Source: a virus (taxonomy: Duplodnaviria; Caudoviricetes). Taken from it: a stretch of 64,000 bases of DNA. This document shows positions 8,971 to 16,599 of the stretch, one piece after another (within the stretch, counting starts at the first letter, position 1; the number at the start of each line of letters is the position of its first letter). The stretch spans positions 5,964-69,963 of IMG/VR virus record IMGVR_UViG_2606217775_000001; one strand, given 5' to 3'. A model generated the notes under the pieces. The model worked only from the letters and a program-made list of their open reading frames with translations. It did no database searches and had not been told where the DNA came from. The position numbers and the translations under genes are program-made.

Positions 8971-9384
8971 TCAGCGGCCCTCTGCGGTGGCGGGCTCACC
9001 GAGCCAGAACACGACGTACGGCATGCCGCCGGGCATCACGTGCCAGTACTCCCGGGGAAGGCACCACTGGCCGCGCCGCGCCGCGATGGCGAGGACACAC
9101 AGGGCCTCCATCGTCGTGTGCAGATCGGCCCATTGCTGGCCGTGGCGGTCGTTGCAGAGGTTGAGGAAGGTCCAGCCCCCGCCGCGCCCTTGCACGAAGG
9201 CGTCTTCCAGCTCGCCGATCAGCTGCTCGATCTGCGGGGTGGCCGTGGTGATTGCCTCGACGCTGAAGCGATACGTCGCGATGATGCCTTCGACGTCGAC
9301 GGTGGGCCCGGTCGGCTCATCTCCGGCGAGGCTGGCGAGCAGGATGTCGCGGACGGCCGCACCGGTGAGGATGGGATCGGCCAT
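8971..9384 (-). CDS. Conserved-looking phage hypothetical protein
   Basis: GGGWTFLNLC...QW...MPGGMPY motif; flanked by identical 19-bp junctions. Confidence 0.75.
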   Translation of the reverse strand: MADPILTGAAVRDILLASLAGDEPTGPTVDVEGIIATYRFSVEAITTATPQIEQLIGELEDAFVQGRGGGWTFLNLCNDRHGQQWADLHTTMEALCVLAIAARRGQWCLPREYWHVMPGGMPYVVFWLGEPATAEGR

Positions 9385-9385
9385 G

Positions 9386-9730
9386 TCAGCGGCCCTCCGC
9401 CTTCACGACGGCAGCCTTGGTGTGCTCGAGGATGACGGCGATCGGTACTTCGGCGACCGCCTCGCCGTTCATGCGAACCACCACCTTCGTCCGGTCCGTG
9501 TCGACGTTGACCGCGTTGATCAGGAACTCGGCGAGGCCGAGCATCCCCTTGAGCTGGACGAGCATCTCGGGCGCCGCGGCCACGAGCGCCCCGTTGGCCG
9601 CGGCTTGCGCGCGTGGCCCCATGCCGTGGTGATCGCAGTCGACGACGAGGCGACCCCGCTTGTCGAACACCATCTCGGGACGCGCGCTGTCCTGATGCCA
9701 GGGAGCGGGCGAGTGAGCGGGCACGCTCAT
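9386..9730 (-). CDS. Phage hypothetical protein
   Basis: HSPAPW...ANGALVAAAPEML motif is common in phage early proteins. Confidence 0.7.
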   Translation of the reverse strand: MSVPAHSPAPWHQDSARPEMVFDKRGRLVVDCDHHGMGPRAQAAANGALVAAAPEMLVQLKGMLGLAEFLINAVNVDTDRTKVVVRMNGEAVAEVPIAVILEHTKAAVVKAEGR

Positions 9731-10143
9731 AGGTCCCTCACGTCAATCGAGCTGAGGCGGGAGCGGACAGCGCCGGTGTCCCGGTCGCGGGTGAGGCCGT
9801 CGAAGCCCTTTCTCACCCGGTCGTAGCGGCCACCGGCCATCGGCTTGCGGGGCGCCCGCAGGCGATGGTGCGCGTCGTAGGCGCGGCGGGTGTCGGCGAT
9901 GGCGGTCTGATCAGCCGCAGTCTTCGCCCTATCGCAGTCTTTGCAGAGCACTTGGCAGTTCGAGAGATCTGCCCGGCCGCCGTGAAAGTCCGTGACGACG
10001 TGGTCGAAGACGTACTGGCTGGCCTGGAGCACCGCCTCGCAGCGAAAGCCGGTCGGAAGCACGCCCTCGCACTGCCCTTCGGCGCGCGCGAGGGCGGCCT
10101 TGCGGACGTCTGTCGGGAAGTTGGTACGGCGGCGGGCGGCCAC
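9727..10143 (-). CDS. HNH endonuclease
   Basis: CEG...C...FDH...GG...SNCQVLCKDC..KT; GTG at 10143 with GGAG RBS (ATG at 10155 is an alternative). Confidence 0.8.
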   Translation of the reverse strand: MAARRRTNFPTDVRKAALARAEGQCEGVLPTGFRCEAVLQASQYVFDHVVTDFHGGRADLSNCQVLCKDCDRAKTAADQTAIADTRRAYDAHHRLRAPRKPMAGGRYDRVRKGFDGLTRDRDTGAVRSRLSSIDVRDL

Positions 10144-10173
10144 GGGCGACTCCATCGCGATGGGCGATGGCGC

Positions 10174-10260
10174 ATCCTCCCCAAAACGGGGAACATCGTC
10201 AACCCCGTTATGGGGAATTTTGGCGTGGTGGCTTTTCAACAGCTATCCACAGCCTGGGGA
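10174..10260 (-). promoter_or_regulatory. Leftward promoter PL with three repressor operators (OL)
   Basis: Operators at 10178-10192 (TCCCCAAAACGGGGA), 10202-10216 (ACCCCGTTATGGGGA) and 10246-10260 (TCCACAGCCTGGGGA); minus-strand -35 TTGACG at 10202-10197. Confidence 0.75.
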
Positions 10261-10274
10261 GAACATCGAACTTC

Positions 10275-10289
10275 GTTCTTGATTTGTTC
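10275..10289 (+). promoter_or_regulatory. Alphaproteobacterial LexA (SOS) box
   Basis: GTTC-TTGATTT-GTTC is a perfect GTTC-N7-GTTC; intergenic, 47 bp upstream of 10336. Confidence 0.7.
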
Positions 10290-10335
10290 CCAGGGTGGCG
10301 CTCGGATGGGCCCAACGCAGAGTTGAGGAGCGTCC

Positions 10336-10602
10336 ATGCCCCTGAAGCCAATCGTTGCGTACGGAGTGCAGTTGTTCGTCCTGCTGAAGGGCAAGCTTGC
10401 CCAGGGACGCTACATCGAATGTAACGGCGTCTCAGACGCCTGTAAAATTGCCGAGGAGAAGGTAAGAACTGGGCGTGCTGTCGGCGCAGCTGCTTTCACG
10501 CGGACAGTTGTCGACCCGGACTACGACGACGGCTCCGACCCGATCACGCTGGCGATCTTCGGAAAGGTGCCGCCTGGACTGGCAGACCAGCTTCCGTTCT
10601 AG
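10336..10602 (+). CDS. Small protein, putatively LexA-regulated
   Basis: GAGGAG RBS; 88 aa; SOS box upstream; divergent from PL. Confidence 0.8.
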   Translation: MPLKPIVAYGVQLFVLLKGKLAQGRYIECNGVSDACKIAEEKVRTGRAVGAAAFTRTVVDPDYDDGSDPITLAIFGKVPPGLADQLPF

Positions 10603-10617
10603 CCCCGCATGCCGCGA

Positions 10618-11148
10618 TCAGAAGGGGCGCTTCGGCTTGGCTGGTTGGCAGAAGTTCTGCTGGATGAAGGCCATCGCGCGAAGCACCTTCCGCGTCTCGT
10701 TGATCCCCCCGACGGGTGTTTCGATGGCGTTCCAACACCGCAGGCCGGCGTTGTCCTTCATGCACCAGGCAGCTTCGCCCTCGAAGAGAATGCTTGGCGT
10801 CAAATTGTATCGAGGCGTCGAGGTCCGATAATCACCAGTCAACTGCGAGAAGTTGTACTGCTGGATAACCGGGTTGCCATCGTTGAGCTTTCTCGACTGG
10901 AAAGAGCAGTCGGGTCCCGCCATTCGTTGCAGCTGAAGTACAAAATTGCCGGGCATCTCGACGAGTACGGTATTGTCGTCGACCCGCGTGAACGTTTCTT
11001 GGTCCTGATATGGATAGAGCACGGTTGCGACAGCATCGATCAGGCCGGGGCTGTCCAAGTTGAGGCCATGCCCATCCTTGGCGGACGCAAACACCGCCCA
11101 GCCGGACACGATGAGCGTCACGATCACGGTCAGGGCATAGCGCGTCAC
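10618..11148 (-). CDS. Secreted/periplasmic protein downstream of cI
   Basis: Signal peptide (MTRYALTVIVTLIVSGWAVFASA), four Cys; ATGA-coupled to cI; lower GC than its flanks. Confidence 0.75.
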   Translation of the reverse strand: MTRYALTVIVTLIVSGWAVFASAKDGHGLNLDSPGLIDAVATVLYPYQDQETFTRVDDNTVLVEMPGNFVLQLQRMAGPDCSFQSRKLNDGNPVIQQYNFSQLTGDYRTSTPRYNLTPSILFEGEAAWCMKDNAGLRCWNAIETPVGGINETRKVLRAMAFIQQNFCQPAKPKRPF

Positions 11149-11924
11149 GGCCGCCTCCAGCGCTGCACCTGCCGCACCGCGCTGGCGACGAAGGCGACGA
11201 TCTCCGCTTCGATCCCGCCCCCCTCTTCCTCTAGGAAGAACTCCAGAGGTGTGAGGCCTTTCGGGATGATGATCGGCTTCTGCCAGCGCTCGTGATCCGA
11301 GTCGGGCCAGAGCTCGACATGCGTGTCCGTTCTCAAGAAGCGCTTGGCGGTGCGCTGTCGCAACAGGCCGGCGTTCCGGCGCAGCTCGACGATGACGAGG
11401 TCGCCATCCTTCGGCCGATAGCGGGTTGGGATCGCGGAGATGCAGACGAGCACATCGCCGTCGGCGGCGAAGCGATTGATCGACTCACCCCGCACGACGA
11501 GGCCGTATTGATGCTCCGAGGGCCAGCGCGGATCTGAGCGAACGGGAACGGGATCGAACGCAGGCTCGTCCACAAAATCGTCGATCTCGATCCAGCGCCC
11601 GGCTGCAACCTCGCCAACCACCGAAAGAAGGTCCTCGTCCCTCTCTGCGGTTGCGGCTCGCGCGCGCTCCAGCAGCACATCCTCGAATTTGGGCGTGGCC
11701 GTAGAGGTGATGTCAGCGAGAACGTCGCTGATCTCAGAAGGCTGCACTTTGAAAATTTCGGCGGCCTTGGCGATCCGCTCGGCTTTGAGCCCTCGATCGC
11801 CGTCCTCGATCTTGATGTAGCCGCCCTTGGACATGCCAAAAGCGGCCGCGGCCTGCTCCTGCGTCATGCCAGACGCCTCGCGCAGACGCTTCAGGTTGTT
11901 CCGCGGGCGAACCGTTTTCCCCAT
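11145..11924 (-). CDS. cI: CI-like repressor (XRE HTH plus S24 autopeptidase)
   Basis: NLKRLREASGMTQEQAAAAFGMSKGGYIKIEDG HTH; VAAG cleavage site; GES (Ser) and AKR (Lys) catalytic positions; divergent from cro. Confidence 0.9.
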   Translation of the reverse strand: MGKTVRPRNNLKRLREASGMTQEQAAAAFGMSKGGYIKIEDGDRGLKAERIAKAAEIFKVQPSEISDVLADITSTATPKFEDVLLERARAATAERDEDLLSVVGEVAAGRWIEIDDFVDEPAFDPVPVRSDPRWPSEHQYGLVVRGESINRFAADGDVLVCISAIPTRYRPKDGDLVIVELRRNAGLLRQRTAKRFLRTDTHVELWPDSDHERWQKPIIIPKGLTPLEFFLEEEGGGIEAEIVAFVASAVRQVQRWRRP

Positions 11925-12013
11925 AGCGGGGACAATCGCTGAACGCCGTTCGTGCGTCGCTCCCCAAGTTGGGACAGACTCCACTTGACGGAGATCCCCG
12001 ATTTGGGGAATCG
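11918..12013. promoter_or_regulatory. OR region with three operators and rightward promoter PR
   Basis: Operators at 11918-11932 (TCCCCATAGCGGGGA), 11961-11975 (TCCCCAAGTTGGGAC) and 11995-12009 (TCCCCGATTTGGGGA); -35 TTGACG at 11985-11990. Confidence 0.8.
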
Positions 12014-12021
12014 TCTGGGCC

Positions 12022-12267
12022 ATGCGGTTGCTCGACTACATGCGAGAGGAAGGACTCGACGACGAGGCGTTCGCCGAACGCCTCGGCGAGTGCGGTCCGT
12101 ATGCCGTGAAAAAGTGGAAGTACGGGGAGCGCGAACCGGACGCTTCGACGATCGTGCGGATCGAGCGCGCGACCGGGGGGCGTGTCGGCCTCACCGATTG
12201 GGCGGCCCAATCCGACGCGCGTAAAGCCAAGCGCGTCGCTGCCCCCGCCGAGGGAGCCGCGGCATGA
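12022..12267 (+). CDS. cro: Cro-like HTH regulator
   Basis: 81 aa; FAERLG...VKKWKYGEREP...IERATGGRV is a typical Cro/YdaS pattern; divergent from cI. Confidence 0.85.
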   Translation: MRLLDYMREEGLDDEAFAERLGECGPYAVKKWKYGEREPDASTIVRIERATGGRVGLTDWAAQSDARKAKRVAAPAEGAAA

Positions 12268-12500
12268 GCGCCACGCTTGCCGTCGCTCTCCCGGTCCAGC
12301 CCATGCGAGCGGTCCTGGTCGCAGTCCAGGATCGCCAGCTCGGCGGCAGTCAAATCGTCGAGCTCGAGCCTCAGGTCGCCCGCCAGATCGCTGCCGATCT
12401 CATCCAGGCGGCCGACCTCGCCGAGGCCCGAAAGCTTCGTGGCCGCACCACCCGCCTCGCGCTGGTCAGCGACGTCTCTGCCGAGCGGGAGCAGGCGTAG
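12264..12500 (+). CDS. Hypothetical protein
   Basis: ATGA overlap with cro. Confidence 0.65.
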   Translation: MSATLAVALPVQPMRAVLVAVQDRQLGGSQIVELEPQVARQIAADLIQAADLAEARKLRGRTTRLALVSDVSAEREQA

Positions 12501-12977
12501 ATGGCGACCGACCCCGCCTTCACCGCCGCGATCAGCGAGCTCTCCGACGCTATCCTCTACGCGGCCGCCGGCCTCGCGGCGGTGATCTTGGTCATGGGCG
12601 CGGTGCTCGCCGTCGGCGTCTCCGAGATCGTCCAGCAGCTGCGCGAGCTCGCCGACCACGTCGACGAGATCCGGATGGAAGGGGTCGATATCAACGTCGA
12701 CGCCGAAGCGGTCGGCCGCTCGCCCTTCGACGCCGAGCAGCTCGTCCGGCTCTACGGCTACATCCTCGGCCTCTGGCTCAAGCGCACCAAGCTGCAGGGC
12801 GAGCAGATCCCGTCCACCGAGCGCGTGACGCTCGACCTCGCCGAGGCCGTCGGCGTCGAGCTTCCGACCCGCCAAGACGTCGTCGGCATCCGGCCGAACG
12901 GCACCACCGTCCAGACGTCGCTCCTGCCCTACGGCGCGGAGCCGATCCCCGCCGCCCTCGCTCCGGAGAACGTGTGA
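12501..12977 (+). CDS. Hypothetical membrane-anchored protein
   Basis: TM segment ILYAAAGLAAVILVMGAVLAVGV; abuts its neighbours. Confidence 0.7.
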   Translation: MATDPAFTAAISELSDAILYAAAGLAAVILVMGAVLAVGVSEIVQQLRELADHVDEIRMEGVDINVDAEAVGRSPFDAEQLVRLYGYILGLWLKRTKLQGEQIPSTERVTLDLAEAVGVELPTRQDVVGIRPNGTTVQTSLLPYGAEPIPAALAPENV

Positions 12978-13586
12978 ATGGCCGCCACCCTGCGCATCGT
13001 CGACGAGAGCGAGTACGGTCCCGAGCCGAAGGATGTCGCCATCCCGCATGGCGCCACCGTCACGGTCCGCCGCCATGGGCAGGGCGCCGATGTGACGGTG
13101 CTCCCCGGTGAGACTGCCCCAGTTTCCCAAGCGCCCGATCGCCTGATCGCGGTCCACGGCTTCACGGTAGAGCGCAACCGCCCCGGATGCGCGGAAGTCC
13201 TGATCCAGGATGCGCAGCGCGAGGAGTGGCGCCTGTTCCTGGGTGGGAGCATAGGCGGCGATCTCGCAAGCTGCCTGCGGGGCGGGGAGCTGGTCCCTGC
13301 CCGCGACGCTCACGAGGCCGCGCTCGCGCGCCGCGCCAATGCCGAGGCGCAGCTGGCGGAGCTCGAGGTCGCGGAGAAGACGCGTGCCGCCCGCGCGAAC
13401 GACCGGGACGTCTGCGCAGATCGACTGAGCCTCGACACCGACGAAGATGCCGGCACCATCACGCTCTGCGCGGCAGTGGTCGGGGGCGGCCCCGAGTTGA
13501 AGGTCGGGCTCCGGCGCGATCAGCTCCTGTGGCTGGCGCAGCAGCTTCTGGCCGCCTACGGGCGCCTCGACCGCAAGGGGCGTTAG
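12978..13586 (+). CDS. Hypothetical protein
   Basis: Abuts the upstream stop; protein-like composition. Confidence 0.7.
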   Translation: MAATLRIVDESEYGPEPKDVAIPHGATVTVRRHGQGADVTVLPGETAPVSQAPDRLIAVHGFTVERNRPGCAEVLIQDAQREEWRLFLGGSIGGDLASCLRGGELVPARDAHEAALARRANAEAQLAELEVAEKTRAARANDRDVCADRLSLDTDEDAGTITLCAAVVGGGPELKVGLRRDQLLWLAQQLLAAYGRLDRKGR

Positions 13587-13587
13587 G

Positions 13588-13878
13588 ATGCCCTCCCGCC
13601 GCAGCGTCCTCGCCTTTCTCGGGCTCGCCCCGGTCGCAGCTCCGGCCGCGATCGCAGCCGCCGCACGGCCGGAGCAGCTGGTCGCTGGCGTCGACATCGG
13701 TGCGGTCGGCGGCGAGGTCGGTGTGTACGCCATCACACCCGGCGGCCTGCGCGCTGTTCTGCTTGGCGATCTGCGGCAGGCGAACTTCGCCGAGATCGTG
13801 CAGGCCTGCCGGTTCTTCGGCGCGGCCGGGATCCCGCACGGCATCTGGGTCCCTTCTTCACCCGAGGGAGACGCCTGA
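13588..13878 (+). CDS. Hypothetical protein with twin-arginine-like N-terminus
   Basis: MPSRRSVLAFLGLAPVAAPAA. Confidence 0.65.
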   Translation: MPSRRSVLAFLGLAPVAAPAAIAAAARPEQLVAGVDIGAVGGEVGVYAITPGGLRAVLLGDLRQANFAEIVQACRFFGAAGIPHGIWVPSSPEGDA

Positions 13879-13953
13879 TGCACCCTCGACAGCCGGCCCC
13901 CGCCCGCGCATCTGTGTCCGTCCCTCGCGCTCAAGCCCAAGGCGCCGACTCCT

Positions 13954-14145
13954 GTGCTGCTGCGTATCGCTGCCTTCCTGTTGGCCGTACTCCTGGTGCT
14001 GGGGGCGCTGCCGGCGATGCGCCGCGCCGACAGGGCGGTCGCGGAGGGGCGCCCCCGCTCGACGGTGCTCTACGAGGCTGCGCGGGCCGTCCTGGCGATC
14101 GCCGCCGCGGCCGCGCTCTGTCTCTGGCTCCTGTTGAGCCGGTAG
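13954..14145 (+). CDS. Small two-TM membrane protein
   Basis: Two hydrophobic helices in 63 aa. Confidence 0.55.
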   Translation: MLLRIAAFLLAVLLVLGALPAMRRADRAVAEGRPRSTVLYEAARAVLAIAAAAALCLWLLLSR

Positions 14146-14670
14146 CCGCACAGATCCGGCCGCTGACGGCCGTCCGAGGTTCGACCGGTGCTTGGGCAAG
14201 CGCCGGCCGGGCATGCCCTTCTATGGGCGTTTCCTCCCTAGACTCCGCCGGGGCCTGCGGGCTCCGGCGCCTTTTGGGAGACGATAGAGCTACGCGCGAT
14301 GGCGCGGACAGAGCGGCCCGAGGCGACCAGGGCGACGGTGGGGATGCTGCGACGGCAGCACCGAGCCAGTCCGTTGAGAAGGTCGTGCCGGGGGCGACGG
14401 GTGATGGCGACGGCCTGACCTCGGCCCCTGGTCCCGGCGTCATGCCGGGCAGTAATTCGCCCGAGTGGGCACCCGACAGCAGAAGGGCGGCCGCGTGATG
14501 CGAACCGCCCCTGCTCACCTCCACGCGCCTCACAGCCTGCCAGCCCCGGCGCGTGATCTGCCGCATCGTTCTGCCGACCTCCCGGCGAGGGACGATCCAT
14601 GACCGCCTCGCTCTTCCCGACCGGACCTATCGGCCGATCAACCTCGATGCCCACAGCATCGAGGAGTGCA

Positions 14671-15036
14671 ATGGGAAAGTCTGGCCGAAGCAACGGTAGG
14701 ATTGCCCCTTCTGACGGTAGAACTTTAGGGGAACGCGTTGCTTCGTATCTACGCGCGAAGCATCCGGAGAAGACGGCCCCTTACGTAGCGAGCGAGATCG
14801 GCGTCTCTGCCGAGACCGTCCGGAAGTGGCTTGAGCAGGGGTCCGTGCCGAACGGCGCCGCCATGCTCGCCCTGATCCGGCGGTATCGGATGAGCTTCGT
14901 CGACGTCGTCCTCGGCGAAGACGCGGACGAATGGATCGCGGAGCTCGCCCGCCAGGAAGAGCAGGAGCGCCTTGAGGCCGAGGCGGCCGCGATCCGGCAG
15001 AAGCTCGCCTTCGTCATGGGCGGAGGCTCGCGATGA
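14671..15036 (+). CDS. CII-like HTH DNA-binding protein
   Basis: GAGGAG RBS; VASEIGVSAETVRKWLEQGSVP HTH; position in the PR operon. Confidence 0.7.
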   Translation: MGKSGRSNGRIAPSDGRTLGERVASYLRAKHPEKTAPYVASEIGVSAETVRKWLEQGSVPNGAAMLALIRRYRMSFVDVVLGEDADEWIAELARQEEQERLEAEAAAIRQKLAFVMGGGSR

Positions 15037-15230
15037 ACCTCCGCTGGCACATCCTGCGCGCTGTCGCGACCGCTCTGCGCTGGCTGTCACTCCCCTTCCT
15101 GCTCGTCGGCTCGGTGGCGACGCCGATCCTCGCGGTGGCCGCGGCCTGCGAGGACCGGGCCCGCGAGTGGGATCCGCGTCTGTGGTCGCGCGGCCAGCAC
15201 ACCGACCTCCACCCCCCTCCTGGAGCCTGA
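15033..15230 (+). CDS. Small membrane protein
   Basis: ATGA overlap; hydrophobic core. Confidence 0.6.
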   Translation: MNLRWHILRAVATALRWLSLPFLLVGSVATPILAVAAACEDRAREWDPRLWSRGQHTDLHPPPGA

Positions 15231-15239
15231 GACCCGTCC

Positions 15240-16127
15240 ATGCGCGCCCCGCTCGCAGCCCTCGCCCTCGTCCTCGCCAGCAGTTCGGCCGCCCTCGCGG
15301 CCGAGCCACCGACCTTCCGCCTCTGCACCGGCTCCGAATCCGGCAACTACTTCCGGGCCGGCCACATGCTGAAGAGCAAGGCCGGGAGCCTGAAGATCGA
15401 GGTCGTGCCCACGCAGGGCTCGCTCGACAACCTGGACAAGCTCTCGGCCGGAAGTTGCGAGGGGGCCTTCGTCCAGTCCGACGCGCTCTTGGTCTACTCG
15501 TCGAAGAACGCGGCCGCGCTCTCGACGATCGAGCGCGCCGGCGTGCTCTACCAGGAGCAGGTCCACCTCATCTGCAACCGCGGCGCGGGGATCTCCCGCA
15601 TCACGGACCTGGGCAAGGCCAACACCGTAGCGGTGGGCCCGGACGGCTCCGGCGGCCGCACGACCTGGGACGCCTTCGCGCTCGCCGACAAGAAGCGCTT
15701 CGGGCCGGTGAACGTCGACACGCGCTCGGGCGTGCGCGCCCTGTCCGCGGTGGCCGATGGCAGCCAGGTGCAGTGCGCGCTCTGGGTCGGGGCGCTCAAC
15801 GCGTCCTTCATCAAGAACGACGCGCAGGCGCAGGGCGACCGCGTCGTGCTGGTCCGCTCCGACGATCAGGAGATGGTCGGAGCGGCGAAGGATGCCCGCG
15901 GTCAGCCGGTCTACAGCTACGGCTCGATTCCGGCCGGCACGTACCCGCGGGTCCAGCCGGGCGGCCTCGTCTTCGGCACCAAGGCCCTCGACACGATCGC
16001 GGTCGACGCGCTGTTCGTCACCGCGATCCCGTGGGTGAACGCCAACGAGCGCGCCTACGACGGTCTGCTGCGGGCCTTCACGGCCGCCAAGCCGCAGATC
16101 CAGGCGATCGCGCAGCCGCAGGACTGA
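15240..16127 (+). CDS. TAXI-family (TRAP-type) solute-binding protein
   Basis: Signal peptide; CTGSESGNY, TQGSLDNL and VQSD...LYQEQVHL motifs of the TAXI periplasmic binding fold. Confidence 0.8.
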   Translation: MRAPLAALALVLASSSAALAAEPPTFRLCTGSESGNYFRAGHMLKSKAGSLKIEVVPTQGSLDNLDKLSAGSCEGAFVQSDALLVYSSKNAAALSTIERAGVLYQEQVHLICNRGAGISRITDLGKANTVAVGPDGSGGRTTWDAFALADKKRFGPVNVDTRSGVRALSAVADGSQVQCALWVGALNASFIKNDAQAQGDRVVLVRSDDQEMVGAAKDARGQPVYSYGSIPAGTYPRVQPGGLVFGTKALDTIAVDALFVTAIPWVNANERAYDGLLRAFTAAKPQIQAIAQPQD

Positions 16128-16131
16128 CGCC

Positions 16132-16344
16132 GTGGCCGCCCGCTCCCCCTCCCTCTGGGTCCTGATCGCCGCCTCCGTCACGACGGCGATCATGGTGCAC
16201 CCGAGCGTCGCGGCGCTGCTTACGCTGCCGATTCAGCTCGGGTTGCTCGTCGTCCTGCGCTGGACGGCGCGCCGGGAGGGGCGGCTGATCGAGCGCACCT
16301 ATCCGAGCGCGCGCCTGTCCTGGCCCAGCCGGGAGGCCCGGTAG
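16132..16344 (+). CDS. Small membrane protein
   Basis: Two hydrophobic segments; directly follows the TAXI gene. Confidence 0.55.
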   Translation: MAARSPSLWVLIAASVTTAIMVHPSVAALLTLPIQLGLLVVLRWTARREGRLIERTYPSARLSWPSREAR

Positions 16345-16599
16345 ATGGCTGCCCCGCTCACAGGCCTCGGTAGCCGCTCCCCGATTCCCGACCTGCCGCG
16401 CTGCGCGTGCGGCTGCCGCCGCGCGGCCTCGCGCGGCTTTCCCGGCGACGTCCACTACGCGCCGACCTGCGTCCCGCCGGCCCTGCGTTTCCCGTGGGAG
16501 CCCGGCTACGCAGCCCCGGCCGCCGCGCCCGAGCTGCCGGCGATCGCCGCGGCCCCGGCTGCCCAGGCCGATCTGCTGTCCGGATTCGCGCCGGCATGA
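16345..16599 (+). CDS. Small Cys-containing hypothetical protein
   Basis: CACGC...C motif; abuts neighbours. Confidence 0.55.
   Translation: MAAPLTGLGSRSPIPDLPRCACGCRRAASRGFPGDVHYAPTCVPPALRFPWEPGYAAPAAAPELPAIAAAPAAQADLLSGFAPA

Noticed and set aside
10243-10251. DnaA-box-like CTATCCACA
   Set aside because: Single 8/9 match overlapping a repressor operator; not enough to call a feature. Mentioned only as a test target.
14720-14734. GAAC-TTTAGGG-GAAC, a perfect LexA-box match
   Set aside because: It lies inside the CII-like coding sequence, and a few chance matches are expected. It would matter only if the gene starts further downstream.
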